Shown: positions 45,644 through 54,524 of the stretch, piece after piece
Layout of the letters: each line of letters starts with the position of its first letter
Position numbering within the stretch: position 1 is the stretch's first letter
Virus record (IMG/VR): IMGVR_UViG_3300025018_000091
Direction: 5' to 3' (one strand)
DNA: 64,000 bases
DNA from: a virus
Taxonomy: Duplodnaviria > Caudoviricetes
Position numbers and translations under genes: made by a program
The notes under the pieces: generated by a model
What the model was told of the DNA's origin: nothing
Seen by the model: the letters and a program-made list of their open reading frames with translations, nothing else
The model's database searches: none

Positions 45644-46663
45644 ATGAAGAATACAATTATCAATATCTATGTTCATGGTACTCGTCACCAAATTGGTTAT
45701 AAAATAGGTGCTATTCATCAGAAATATATCAAATATAAGGCTGATAAAGCTTATGATGAGATGAATTCTGAACAGCGTAGGTGGGTACTTGCTTCTTGGC
45801 AAATTACCAAAAAATATTGTTCTGATTTTGTTGCCGAGTTAATTGGTATGAGTGAAGGGGCTAAAACTACTCCAATAAACGTTTTTACTAAATTTTGCGA
45901 AGAGATAGATGATTTTAGTAATGGCTGCACTGATATTATCGCAATGCCAAATACTACCAAACATCATGAGACACTTATCGGTCATAATAATGACGAGGTT
46001 CCTGATGATGCCAAACCTATGATTATTAGAAGCACAACTCCAGACGGAATAACTGCCGTAGGAATTTCCTACAATGGTTTTGGTTATGGTGTAGGGTTCA
46101 ATAATCAAGGTATTAGTATAACTGGAAATCATTTATCACAAAATGATATTAAAGAAGGTATTCCAAGATTAGTTTTACTTCAAGAGATGATGAGAGCCAA
46201 AACATTTGAAGATGTTGTAAAAATTGCATCTCATCCGTCTAGAGCTTCCAGTTATAATAATGTTATTGCGACTCCTAAACAGTTAGTATCATTAGAAGGA
46301 TCTAGTAATTATTTAACTCCAATTATTGTTAAAAGCGGTATTTTTGCTCATGCAAATCATTATCTATCTAATAAGCTTAAAGAGAAAGTAGAAAACAAAC
46401 CAAAAAAGGATATGGCAGGATCTATTGCCAGAATTAATAGAGCAGCCCAATTATTGCAAGAATCAAAAGGTCAACATACTATTGATACGTTTAAATCTAT
46501 ATTATCAGACCATGGCTCTAAGGTTAGAGATATTTGTAATCATACTGGAAAGCCTAATGATTCAGAAACAATTTTCTCTATTATAGTTAGACTGGAAGCA
46601 AGACAGCTATATTATACAAATGGAAGACCCTGTTCAACTCCTTGGATACGATTTAAGTTCTAA
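45644..46663 (+). CDS. C45-family Ntn hydrolase (acyl-CoA:6-APA acyltransferase-like)
   Basis: GCT nucleophile site, GHNND, G.NNQG, HANH, TIFS. Confidence 0.88.
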   Translation: MKNTIINIYVHGTRHQIGYKIGAIHQKYIKYKADKAYDEMNSEQRRWVLASWQITKKYCSDFVAELIGMSEGAKTTPINVFTKFCEEIDDFSNGCTDIIAMPNTTKHHETLIGHNNDEVPDDAKPMIIRSTTPDGITAVGISYNGFGYGVGFNNQGISITGNHLSQNDIKEGIPRLVLLQEMMRAKTFEDVVKIASHPSRASSYNNVIATPKQLVSLEGSSNYLTPIIVKSGIFAHANHYLSNKLKEKVENKPKKDMAGSIARINRAAQLLQESKGQHTIDTFKSILSDHGSKVRDICNHTGKPNDSETIFSIIVRLEARQLYYTNGRPCSTPWIRFKF

Positions 46664-46940
46664 CTCTACGACCTCTTAAAACATCAATTGGATTCACAGG
46701 TTCAGAATCCAATACTTCCAAAAACGCATCTGATAGTCCAGTCAATGCAGTATCAACATCAGATGCAACACATTTGCAAACTACCTTTTTACCAGATTTA
46801 AATTCACTTCCGTATCTAACAACGGAAGAATAAATACTTCCATCTTTTAGAGTGGAAACTAGCACACCAGGACAAGTTGCATCCTTACGAAATGCGTAAG
46901 AAACGGCTTTAGTTAAATCATTTAGTAGTGTATTACTCAT
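46653..46940 (-). CDS. Hypothetical protein
   Basis: Coupled to macrodomain stop. Confidence 0.6.
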   Translation of the reverse strand: MSNTLLNDLTKAVSYAFRKDATCPGVLVSTLKDGSIYSSVVRYGSEFKSGKKVVCKCVASDVDTALTGLSDAFLEVLDSEPVNPIDVLRGRRVRT

Positions 46941-47422
46941 TATTCTTCTCCTTCTAACCTATAAATTATTACCTTTGCGCCTTGTGTTTCGTCAATATAA
47001 CGGGCAAAATTAGTTATGGTGCCAAGATAATTTTCCCAATTTCCTCCAGCAGCACCACACCCAATTCTCCATGGGAATGCTACGCTATCTAAATCAGGAA
47101 TTCGAGCAACAGCCATTAAGGATTTATGAAAATACTTTTCTCTTGTCTTTGTTCCATCTAATGTTGATAGTGGATACTTTGGAGTACCTGGATAATATTG
47201 ACCAAGTAATGCAATTACATATCGCTGGTCATCTCCATTTCCTCTAACAATAATAGTTCCTGGCACATCTGGATCTTTTTTTGCAGTATACACATCGGCA
47301 TATGGATAGTGACGGAAAACTGTTTGCGCTAAGTGTGCAGAGCGATTTGTTACACAATTACACTGATGACACAAATACTTTTCTTTAGAATCAAATATAC
47401 TCCCAATAATAATATCTAACAT
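46940..47422 (-). CDS. Macrodomain (Poa1p/TARG1/DarG-like ADP-ribose hydrolase)
   Basis: GSIF, HQCNC, AFPWRIGCGAAGGNW. Confidence 0.9.
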   Translation of the reverse strand: MLDIIIGSIFDSKEKYLCHQCNCVTNRSAHLAQTVFRHYPYADVYTAKKDPDVPGTIIVRGNGDDQRYVIALLGQYYPGTPKYPLSTLDGTKTREKYFHKSLMAVARIPDLDSVAFPWRIGCGAAGGNWENYLGTITNFARYIDETQGAKVIIYRLEGEE

Positions 47423-47452
47423 TATTTCCTCAATATTTGTAATTACTCAATT

Positions 47453-47986
47453 CTATTCATTATATCTTGTTTTAAGATAAGATATCATTAATTCATTAAG
47501 CTCTTGCTCCATTAAATCTAACTTAGCAGAATTTAACCACAATGGAACAAATTGTAAATTTTTTATATCAGAATAATCTTTAGAAGGATCTATTTTATCT
47601 ACAGATGCCCAAAAGGCTTTTTTACTATGTTTGTTAACTATTGAAAAATCCATGTATGGAAAAACTTTTAAACCATGTTTAGCTAATTCTACAAGATCAT
47701 TAATGACTAACTCTTTTCTGCCCGCAAATCTATTATTTTTATCAGAACGTTGTTGCCACCTTAATATCCATTGAATTATACAAAAATCAATATCTTCACT
47801 AGACTTCTTTTCTATTATTTTTTTATGAGATATGTAGTTTTTTTTGTTTCTTCTTCTTTTTTCTTCTGTTGATAAATTATTCCACCATTCTTTATTTTTT
47901 TGGGCATGACAAGATTTACATATAGATCTGTTCTTTTGAAGATTATCTTTAGTTCCACAATGTGTACATTTTCTCATATTAATCAT
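47453..47986 (-). CDS. Zn-finger protein, possible degenerate HNH endonuclease
   Basis: CTHCG...CKSC; SVDKIDPSKDY...NLQFV...N. Confidence 0.6.
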   Translation of the reverse strand: MINMRKCTHCGTKDNLQKNRSICKSCHAQKNKEWWNNLSTEEKRRRNKKNYISHKKIIEKKSSEDIDFCIIQWILRWQQRSDKNNRFAGRKELVINDLVELAKHGLKVFPYMDFSIVNKHSKKAFWASVDKIDPSKDYSDIKNLQFVPLWLNSAKLDLMEQELNELMISYLKTRYNE

Positions 47987-47991
47987 AGTGA

Positions 47992-48516
47992 TTAATATGT
48001 ACTTATATTGATAGGATCCTGAAATTTTCTAAACCATGATGGTGGCGCAACTCCTTTATTCCATCTAGCAAAAGAAGCTTTATCTAAACAATAAGCCAAT
48101 CTATAACTAGCTACAACGTCATCTAATATATATTGAGGTTTCACACCAATATGAAATTTTGTTAATGGTCCCGATTTTGGCTTTGCGCCAAGACCTATTG
48201 CAAACTCAATGGCTTTCCTAGATTTTATGTCTTTTTTATATCTTCTGGTATATTCTTCACATAATGCTAATCCATAGATGGCTACCCATTCAAAATTTGA
48301 TAATGTTTCTCTTGCCCATTTTGTTATCGGATGATTTGCATGAGAAATTTTGTATTTATCAAAAGGTTCATAATCTCTTTTATAAGAATCTCCACCTAAC
48401 AAAATTGAATTTGTATTAAGAATTTGTGCAACTTCAGTTGGCATTTTTACTACATGAGAATCACAATGATATTTTGCTGACTGAATAGGATCTTCATCTA
48501 AAACAAATATATTCAT
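47992..48516 (-). CDS. Pyrimidine-dimer DNA glycosylase-like protein
   Basis: MNIFVLDEDP..SAKYHCDSHVVKM, HANHPITKW, EYTRRY. Confidence 0.85.
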   Translation of the reverse strand: MNIFVLDEDPIQSAKYHCDSHVVKMPTEVAQILNTNSILLGGDSYKRDYEPFDKYKISHANHPITKWARETLSNFEWVAIYGLALCEEYTRRYKKDIKSRKAIEFAIGLGAKPKSGPLTKFHIGVKPQYILDDVVASYRLAYCLDKASFARWNKGVAPPSWFRKFQDPINISTY

Positions 48517-49016
48517 TAATCTTTTACTTTCATCCTACGATCTTTGGGCATTTGTTTATTATATTCAGAAATCCACATTAAAAGCAATAAATGTTGATGA
48601 TCCTCTACATCATCTGCGCCCATTGTATTCCAATTATATTTTTCAACAACTGTTAGTTTAATTGGATCTAATGACCACACTTCACGAGTCTTGTGACAAT
48701 CTGGCACAATTCCTTTATAATGTTTAGGAATATTTTTAATTACTCTTCTTGGAATGAAGATATTAGGTATTTCTTTAACAGCATATATAGTTATGTCTGA
48801 TAAGCTATATAAATTATAATTAGACATATTATCATCATAATGACTTGCAATTAAGCATCCAAATATAGTTGGGGCTAAACATACTCTTGGAGTAATTGTA
48901 TCTTCAACTACGTGACCTTGTTCGCCGATATAACCATTTACTGGAACTCTTGGTACAAATAGTTTTTGTTGACCAACAGTATATGGATCGTTACGAAATG
49001 AAACGTGATAATACAT
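48516..49016 (-). CDS. Hypothetical protein, possible ART-like fold
   Basis: YYHVS, FVPRVP, EDTITPRVCLAPTIFGC; begins 2 nt after the PARP stop. Confidence 0.6.
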   Translation of the reverse strand: MYYHVSFRNDPYTVGQQKLFVPRVPVNGYIGEQGHVVEDTITPRVCLAPTIFGCLIASHYDDNMSNYNLYSLSDITIYAVKEIPNIFIPRRVIKNIPKHYKGIVPDCHKTREVWSLDPIKLTVVEKYNWNTMGADDVEDHQHLLLLMWISEYNKQMPKDRRMKVKD

Positions 49017-49018
49017 TC

Positions 49019-50509
49019 TTACTTAACCTGTGTTTCAAACTCAATGATATAACGAATACAATGTTGTTGACCAACGCCAGCAGGAGTATAAGTAATGATT
49101 TCATCATTAATGACACCAGACTTACCACCAACTGCAAAAACGCTATGAGCAGGCGCGATGCTCTTCTTGGAGTAGAAGTGCGCACCATTTGCATATTTAT
49201 AATTACCATAAGCAACATCTGCTAGGAATAAGTAGGCAGTCTTATTAGTTCCTTGTGCCCAATAAGATCCCTTAACATCACAATAGTTAATAGACTTAGT
49301 AGATTGAGTTGCCCAATAAATACCATCACCATACATAGAACCAGCATGAACAACGCCAGATGGACGAATCAAAAGTCCCTTGGTTGTAATACCAATCATG
49401 TTTGCTCTACGGGTTCCATGCCAACCTGGTAGGATATTTGCTTTAGCGTATAGGTCTCGTAGAGACTTGGGAACATCGGGGCGTTCTTTAATTAAAGAGG
49501 CGTATGCTTGTGAAGGATCCGACTTCCCACAAGTCTTAGCAATCTGTTCTGCTGCTGCTAACATATTTTTCTCTTCATTATGACGAGAAACTTTGAAAAT
49601 CTTATGCGTCTTTAGTTTACCAAGAAAATGATGATTATGTGCCTTGGTCTTATGTAGCATTGCATCAATCCACTTCCAAGTAGGATTTGAAGGATCAACG
49701 AACTCAATATCAGAATGAAGCGTATCATATTGAGAATCAACATTGCTCTTCTTAGAAATAACCTTTTCAACATCCTTCGCGTTAGAGAATACATCTAAAA
49801 TATCAAAAGCCTTATCAATTTTAAGGTCATCATCAAGTCGCAATACATCAGCATTAATTCGAGTATATCCAAAATTGTGAGGAATATTCGAATAATATAG
49901 ATTAGTAAGCTTATTTAGTTCGGTAACATCAATTTTAGAAGCGTGGATAATCTTTCTGGCTTCTTCAAGGATATCACGTCCTTTGATAATAGAATCGGCA
50001 GACAATTGACCCAATGGACACTTCTTTGTGTCAAGATTCATCTCAACGAACTGAGCGGTAACTCCGAACCAAGTTCTAATCAAATCACCAACTTGGGGAT
50101 GAAGTTTACTGGTTGTTGATTCTTCAGAGACTTTTACACCAATCTTCTTAAGATCCTCAACAGAAACTTGTGAAGTTTCAATTTTGGATTTAGAAACATC
50201 AGATCCAACAGCGGCTTGTACAAGTTTGACTTCTACGTAGCCCTTCTTTAATTTGGACTTAATAATCTTGGCAGCTTCTTGTTCTGCGTCAACTTGACCT
50301 GAACAAATTCGATATTCTTTTGCAGCAGTACCTCCAACGCGCCCATACTGAGTGTATAGGTAAAACTTACCATCTTTAGCTTTTTGAATCTCCAGATTGT
50401 AATACTTGTTATTGTTGTTGATAATGTCTGTAAAATTAAGGGTATATCTCTTTGTAACATCATCAACATCCACAGAAATTGCCCCTGCTTTCAAAACCGG
50501 CTTACCCAT
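49019..50509 (-). CDS. Poly(ADP-ribose) polymerase-like protein: WGR, regulatory and catalytic domains
   Basis: NNNKYY..YGRVG (WGR); PLGQLS..YYSNIPHNFG (helical domain); WHGT, MYGDGIYWA, SINY, NDEIITY (H-Y-E). Confidence 0.93.
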   Translation of the reverse strand: MGKPVLKAGAISVDVDDVTKRYTLNFTDIINNNNKYYNLEIQKAKDGKFYLYTQYGRVGGTAAKEYRICSGQVDAEQEAAKIIKSKLKKGYVEVKLVQAAVGSDVSKSKIETSQVSVEDLKKIGVKVSEESTTSKLHPQVGDLIRTWFGVTAQFVEMNLDTKKCPLGQLSADSIIKGRDILEEARKIIHASKIDVTELNKLTNLYYSNIPHNFGYTRINADVLRLDDDLKIDKAFDILDVFSNAKDVEKVISKKSNVDSQYDTLHSDIEFVDPSNPTWKWIDAMLHKTKAHNHHFLGKLKTHKIFKVSRHNEEKNMLAAAEQIAKTCGKSDPSQAYASLIKERPDVPKSLRDLYAKANILPGWHGTRRANMIGITTKGLLIRPSGVVHAGSMYGDGIYWATQSTKSINYCDVKGSYWAQGTNKTAYLFLADVAYGNYKYANGAHFYSKKSIAPAHSVFAVGGKSGVINDEIITYTPAGVGQQHCIRYIIEFETQVK

Positions 50510-50654
50510 TTTATTGTCCTCTTATCTATTCTGACGACTATATTTAGTCTGTTTGATTTTATCGAATGACACTTCTTGCGAAGTTATTGTTAAATACTTA
50601 TAATAAAACTATTTCTCGACAAACTAATTAATTCACATCTACTATGAGGTAACT

Positions 50655-50828
50655 ATGAAAAAGCTTGTAAAACTATTAAAAGATAATCGTGGAGCTAACT
50701 TAGTAGAATATATAATATTAGTTGGAGTAATTGCACTTGTAGCAATTGCTGGATTCAAAATCTTTGGCGAAAAGGTTGATAGTAAAATTCAAGAACAATC
50801 TAATAAAGTTGAGCAGATTGGAAACTAA
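50655..50828 (+). CDS. flp: Flp/Fap-type (type IVc) prepilin, 57 aa (not in ORF track)
   Basis: SD GAGG; MKKLVKLLKDNRG|ANLVEYIILVGVIALVAIAGFKIFG...; Gly cleavage site, E+5, Y+6, hydrophobic helix. Confidence 0.92.
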   Translation: MKKLVKLLKDNRGANLVEYIILVGVIALVAIAGFKIFGEKVDSKIQEQSNKVEQIGN

Positions 50829-50831
50829 TTA

Positions 50832-51137
50832 TCATTCGCCCGGCTGAGAATATAACTTCATCAGCAGTGCGTCTAATATAAGGCTGAAAATTGCGCCCGC
50901 AAGTGCGTACAAAATAAAAAAATTCCATTGCGGTTTTTCCGCTGACAGCAGATAAACGATCCACCCACAGTGGAATCCTAAACAAAAATAACAATCTAAC
51001 AGTTTGTAGAAGAATGTCCCTACATACTTATTTCTTATTAGTTTATTTCTGATCCATGCCATTATTCCCCATGGACCATCAGATTCCTTTATTAGAAAAG
51101 CTAATCCATATATTGCTAACAAATTAAATAGAATCAT
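50832..51137 (-). CDS. Small membrane protein (DUF1360-like)
   Basis: TM segments, LLDCYFCLGFHCG. Confidence 0.65.
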   Translation of the reverse strand: MILFNLLAIYGLAFLIKESDGPWGIMAWIRNKLIRNKYVGTFFYKLLDCYFCLGFHCGWIVYLLSAEKPQWNFFILYALAGAIFSLILDALLMKLYSQPGE

Positions 51138-51490
51138 GAAAACACCACTAAACTAAAATATCTCTCCATAATATCATCAATATCTTTATTAAATTTAAGT
51201 TCAGTATAATTCATAATTTTATCCATAAAAGAATATGGCATTTTACCTATAATAATTGTATCCTCATAATCATTCTGGATCGTCACACCATTATATTCGA
51301 TATAATCAGAACGCTTTAGCATTCCTTTTTTCTTCTTATAAAAAGTAACACTATTATAACCTCCCCAAAAACACAACACATATTTAGATGTTCTAATAAT
51401 AAAATTACCTACGTAATCTTGAACAATCTCCAAATTGTCCTTATTACAAATTACTGTGTCACTAGGATCGGAATCAAATACGCTACCCAT
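51134..51490 (-). CDS. Hypothetical protein
   Basis: Co-oriented; ends SLVVFS. Confidence 0.6.
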   Translation of the reverse strand: MGSVFDSDPSDTVICNKDNLEIVQDYVGNFIIRTSKYVLCFWGGYNSVTFYKKKKGMLKRSDYIEYNGVTIQNDYEDTIIIGKMPYSFMDKIMNYTELKFNKDIDDIMERYFSLVVFS

Positions 51491-51494
51491 AATA

Positions 51495-51797
51495 TTACCA
51501 TTTATTTGGATCTTTTACATCTAGATTGGAATGATTAAGATGAATATCTTCTAAATTAGATTCTAAACATTGATCATATCCTTCTTGGTCTGCTACGCAT
51601 TCTCTTATGTATTTTTGTTGACATAATTCATCACAAGCATCATCTGTGCTTTCTTGATAATATCGCACATACAGTTCTTGATATCGTTCTTTAACATCAT
51701 AAAAACAATCTCTTTCTTCCTGGGAAAGCTCTTTTAACTCTCTAGAAATTTGGTCTCTAATCTGATAATCAATCATTTCTGCTATTGTATCTGTCAT
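51495..51797 (-). CDS. Hypothetical protein
   Basis: Co-oriented acidic ORF. Confidence 0.55.
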   Translation of the reverse strand: MTDTIAEMIDYQIRDQISRELKELSQEERDCFYDVKERYQELYVRYYQESTDDACDELCQQKYIRECVADQEGYDQCLESNLEDIHLNHSNLDVKDPNKW

Positions 51798-52243
51798 AAA
51801 AATAATCTCAATGGTTCGAATCTGTGCAGTTTCTTTCTAATCTTTTCTATATTATATTCTATAATTATATCTTCTCCAAATATGATATTATCAAAATTCA
51901 AATTACGTATTTCTGGATGTAATTCTAAATCTATTGGAGATTTAATTATATCTATGAAGCTTTCTAATTTCATATCTAAGTAGAAAACCACCCAGCCTTT
52001 TGTTTTTGGCGACTTAAATCTAATAAATCCTCTACGCAGTTCTAAATAATAGTTATCTATTCTTATTAGATAATGATCTGAGTTATAGTTACTATTAAAT
52101 TCATCATAATCTTCTAGATATGTTATACTAAAATTATCTTTATATGATCCACAAAGTAATACTATACAGCCGCCTACATCATGAAAAAATGATTCTAATT
52201 CATCAAATTCTATGAATTTATCATCGTCATCATAATCTATCAT
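51794..52243 (-). CDS. Hypothetical protein
   Basis: Co-oriented; ends PLRLFL. Confidence 0.6.
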   Translation of the reverse strand: MIDYDDDDKFIEFDELESFFHDVGGCIVLLCGSYKDNFSITYLEDYDEFNSNYNSDHYLIRIDNYYLELRRGFIRFKSPKTKGWVVFYLDMKLESFIDIIKSPIDLELHPEIRNLNFDNIIFGEDIIIEYNIEKIRKKLHRFEPLRLFL

Positions 52244-52569
52244 AAAAATGCCTTTAGGTTAAAAAACTTATTTAATAAACCATCTATATCTTGTTCACAT
52301 TTTAATTCAGAAAAATTCAATAATGGTTTCATAAAATCTGGAAGATCATATGCATTTAAGAAGATAAGTTTTTTGGTAAGTCTATTATGGATTACAATTG
52401 TGCCAACATTATCACTGTATTCAAAATATAAAGTCACTCCATAATTACTAGTTTCTATTATTATATTTCCAAAATCATCCTTGACAATTTCGATACCTTC
52501 TCCAGAATATACTGGATATCTTTTGAATTGCTCCTCTTCAAATTCTTTTGGTAGTGACCAGTCTCTCAT
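52240..52569 (-). CDS. Hypothetical protein
   Basis: Co-oriented; ends NLKAFL. Confidence 0.6.
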   Translation of the reverse strand: MRDWSLPKEFEEEQFKRYPVYSGEGIEIVKDDFGNIIIETSNYGVTLYFEYSDNVGTIVIHNRLTKKLIFLNAYDLPDFMKPLLNFSELKCEQDIDGLLNKFFNLKAFL

Positions 52570-53360
52570 GGTAATATAATTAATTCGTTTTTGTTTACTC
52601 TGAGTTTAGAGCTGATACAATAACTAGCTTCTAAATCTATAATCTCATGACCATCAAACAAATCTCTAACTTCATCGCAATCATCATAAGATAATACCCA
52701 ATTTTTACGTCCATGTAATAATACAGCTAGATCAAAATGATCTCCTGGTGACATCTTCTCAATATATAATGCATTACCCTTCTTATAGTAAGGAGGGTCC
52801 AGATACATTGGCTCATCATTGTATAACTGATCATAAATGACAAAATCTTTATTTGTTACAGTAGTCCTGCCCATTAATAGATCTCTACACTTATCAATCT
52901 TGGAACGCAGCTTCTTACTATTGTACCTACAATCAATTGGATAAGCACTCTTCTGTTCCTTACCGCCTATCGGTCCACTGCTAAGTATCCCTGAAAATGT
53001 AGTACGGTTAAAAAAAATTGCCTTGTAAGCACATCGAACTTCGTCTGTCGTCTGCTCCTCACGCAACTTATAAAAATGTTCCAAGGTCGGCGGTTGGTCA
53101 ATCAGGTTGAGTAGGTCTAAGTAGGGTATTGAATATACGTCAGAAATAACCTTCCAAAAACAATATATCCAATAATCTTTATCATTAGCGTATAACTGTA
53201 TATTTGGATACTTCTGAGCCACCTCTAATAATACTGACCCGCCGCCAACAAACACGTCAGCAAAATTATCTTGCCCAATCATAATTTGATCTATATGACC
53301 CATTAAGATTGGTAGTAGTTTATTTTTTGAACCAGGATATCTAAATGGACTTTGAATCAT
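52566..53360 (-). CDS. dam: DNA adenine methyltransferase (Dam/D12 class)
   Basis: RYPGSK, DVFVGGGSV, FNRTTFSG, YLDPPY, LSYD. Confidence 0.93.
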   Translation of the reverse strand: MIQSPFRYPGSKNKLLPILMGHIDQIMIGQDNFADVFVGGGSVLLEVAQKYPNIQLYANDKDYWIYCFWKVISDVYSIPYLDLLNLIDQPPTLEHFYKLREEQTTDEVRCAYKAIFFNRTTFSGILSSGPIGGKEQKSAYPIDCRYNSKKLRSKIDKCRDLLMGRTTVTNKDFVIYDQLYNDEPMYLDPPYYKKGNALYIEKMSPGDHFDLAVLLHGRKNWVLSYDDCDEVRDLFDGHEIIDLEASYCISSKLRVNKNELIILP

Positions 53361-53983
53361 CTATGTGCCTTATTCTAGTTAAACCGTCTAATATATTTTG
53401 TTTAGAAGATAATGGTCTTAAATTATCCAAAGACCAACACTTTTTAAAAGTGTCATCATTTACAGATGAATATTGAAGTATTGATTGTGGAATAATGTGG
53501 TCTATCTGCCATGTCCAAGTTAATTGATCATTATCATTCCATTTTGAAGAGATATATGATCCATAATTATTCCAGTTCATCCAAGGTTCAAATTGATTTT
53601 CTAAATGAATCTTAAGTTCAGACATTGTAAATGGTAAAAATTTTAAACATGAATCTGTCTTTTTGCACAAAAACTTATTAAAATAGTATTTTAGATTTCT
53701 AGATATATTTTCTCTTAATTTATATGAAGGATTTTTAATCCTTTTATTATAAAGATAATTTTTACCATATTCTAGAATTAATTTTTTATTGTTATTGTAA
53801 TATTCTTTTTTGTACGTCTTTTGATATGCTTTTAAATCAGGATGTTCATTTCTGTATTTTTTTTTGAGATTTATTCCAACAAACTATACACCTTATTCTT
53901 CGAAATATCTTTCCATTAACTATAGAATGGATAGGGAAATCATCTTCTATTTTTTCTAAACCACAATCTTTACATTTCTTCAT
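53341..53983 (-). CDS. HNH-type endonuclease, frameshifted at A9 (53857-53865)
   Basis: MKKCKDCG N-terminus; HLENQF, WNNYG, IDHIIP, NLRPL C-terminus. Confidence 0.75.
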
Positions 53984-54524
53984 TTAATAAACATATATCT
54001 AATAGTTTAATGTCTTCAAAATATACAGCCGACTTACTAGTAAGCTTTGCTAAAATTGGTTTTTTAAAAAGATTCATTTTATGAAGCAATGAAATTGGCA
54101 ATATTTGTTTTATTATTCCATATTTTTGAAACAAATTTACTCCAACAAATGCAACATAATCATTTTCAGAAAATATTTTAAATACATGTTTGTCTTCATT
54201 TTGGAAAATCCAAGATTCTCCGAATTTTGAAGCCTGTAATGATTCTTGTGTTTTAACATGTAAATTGAATTTCTCATCCTTCAAATCAAAATCCCAAGAC
54301 TTTTGCTTAGCTGAATAGATTTTGAAATCAGGATAAGATATGTTTGGGTATTTATCTTTTAGAGAATAGTAAACTGTCAATTCTCCCAATTTACCGATCA
54401 TACTATCTGCAGACCTCTTAATTGCATCAAATTGATTTCTTTGAATATATAATGTTGTGTCTACTGATTCTGAAAATTGTTTACACTTAAACACATCTTC
54501 ATTTGAGAAGATTATTTTATTCAT
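53970..54524 (-). CDS. Hypothetical protein, possible PD-(D/E)XK-like
   Basis: GKLGEL, WDFDL, LHVKTQ. Confidence 0.6.
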   Translation of the reverse strand: MNKIIFSNEDVFKCKQFSESVDTTLYIQRNQFDAIKRSADSMIGKLGELTVYYSLKDKYPNISYPDFKIYSAKQKSWDFDLKDEKFNLHVKTQESLQASKFGESWIFQNEDKHVFKIFSENDYVAFVGVNLFQKYGIIKQILPISLLHKMNLFKKPILAKLTSKSAVYFEDIKLLDICLLNEEM

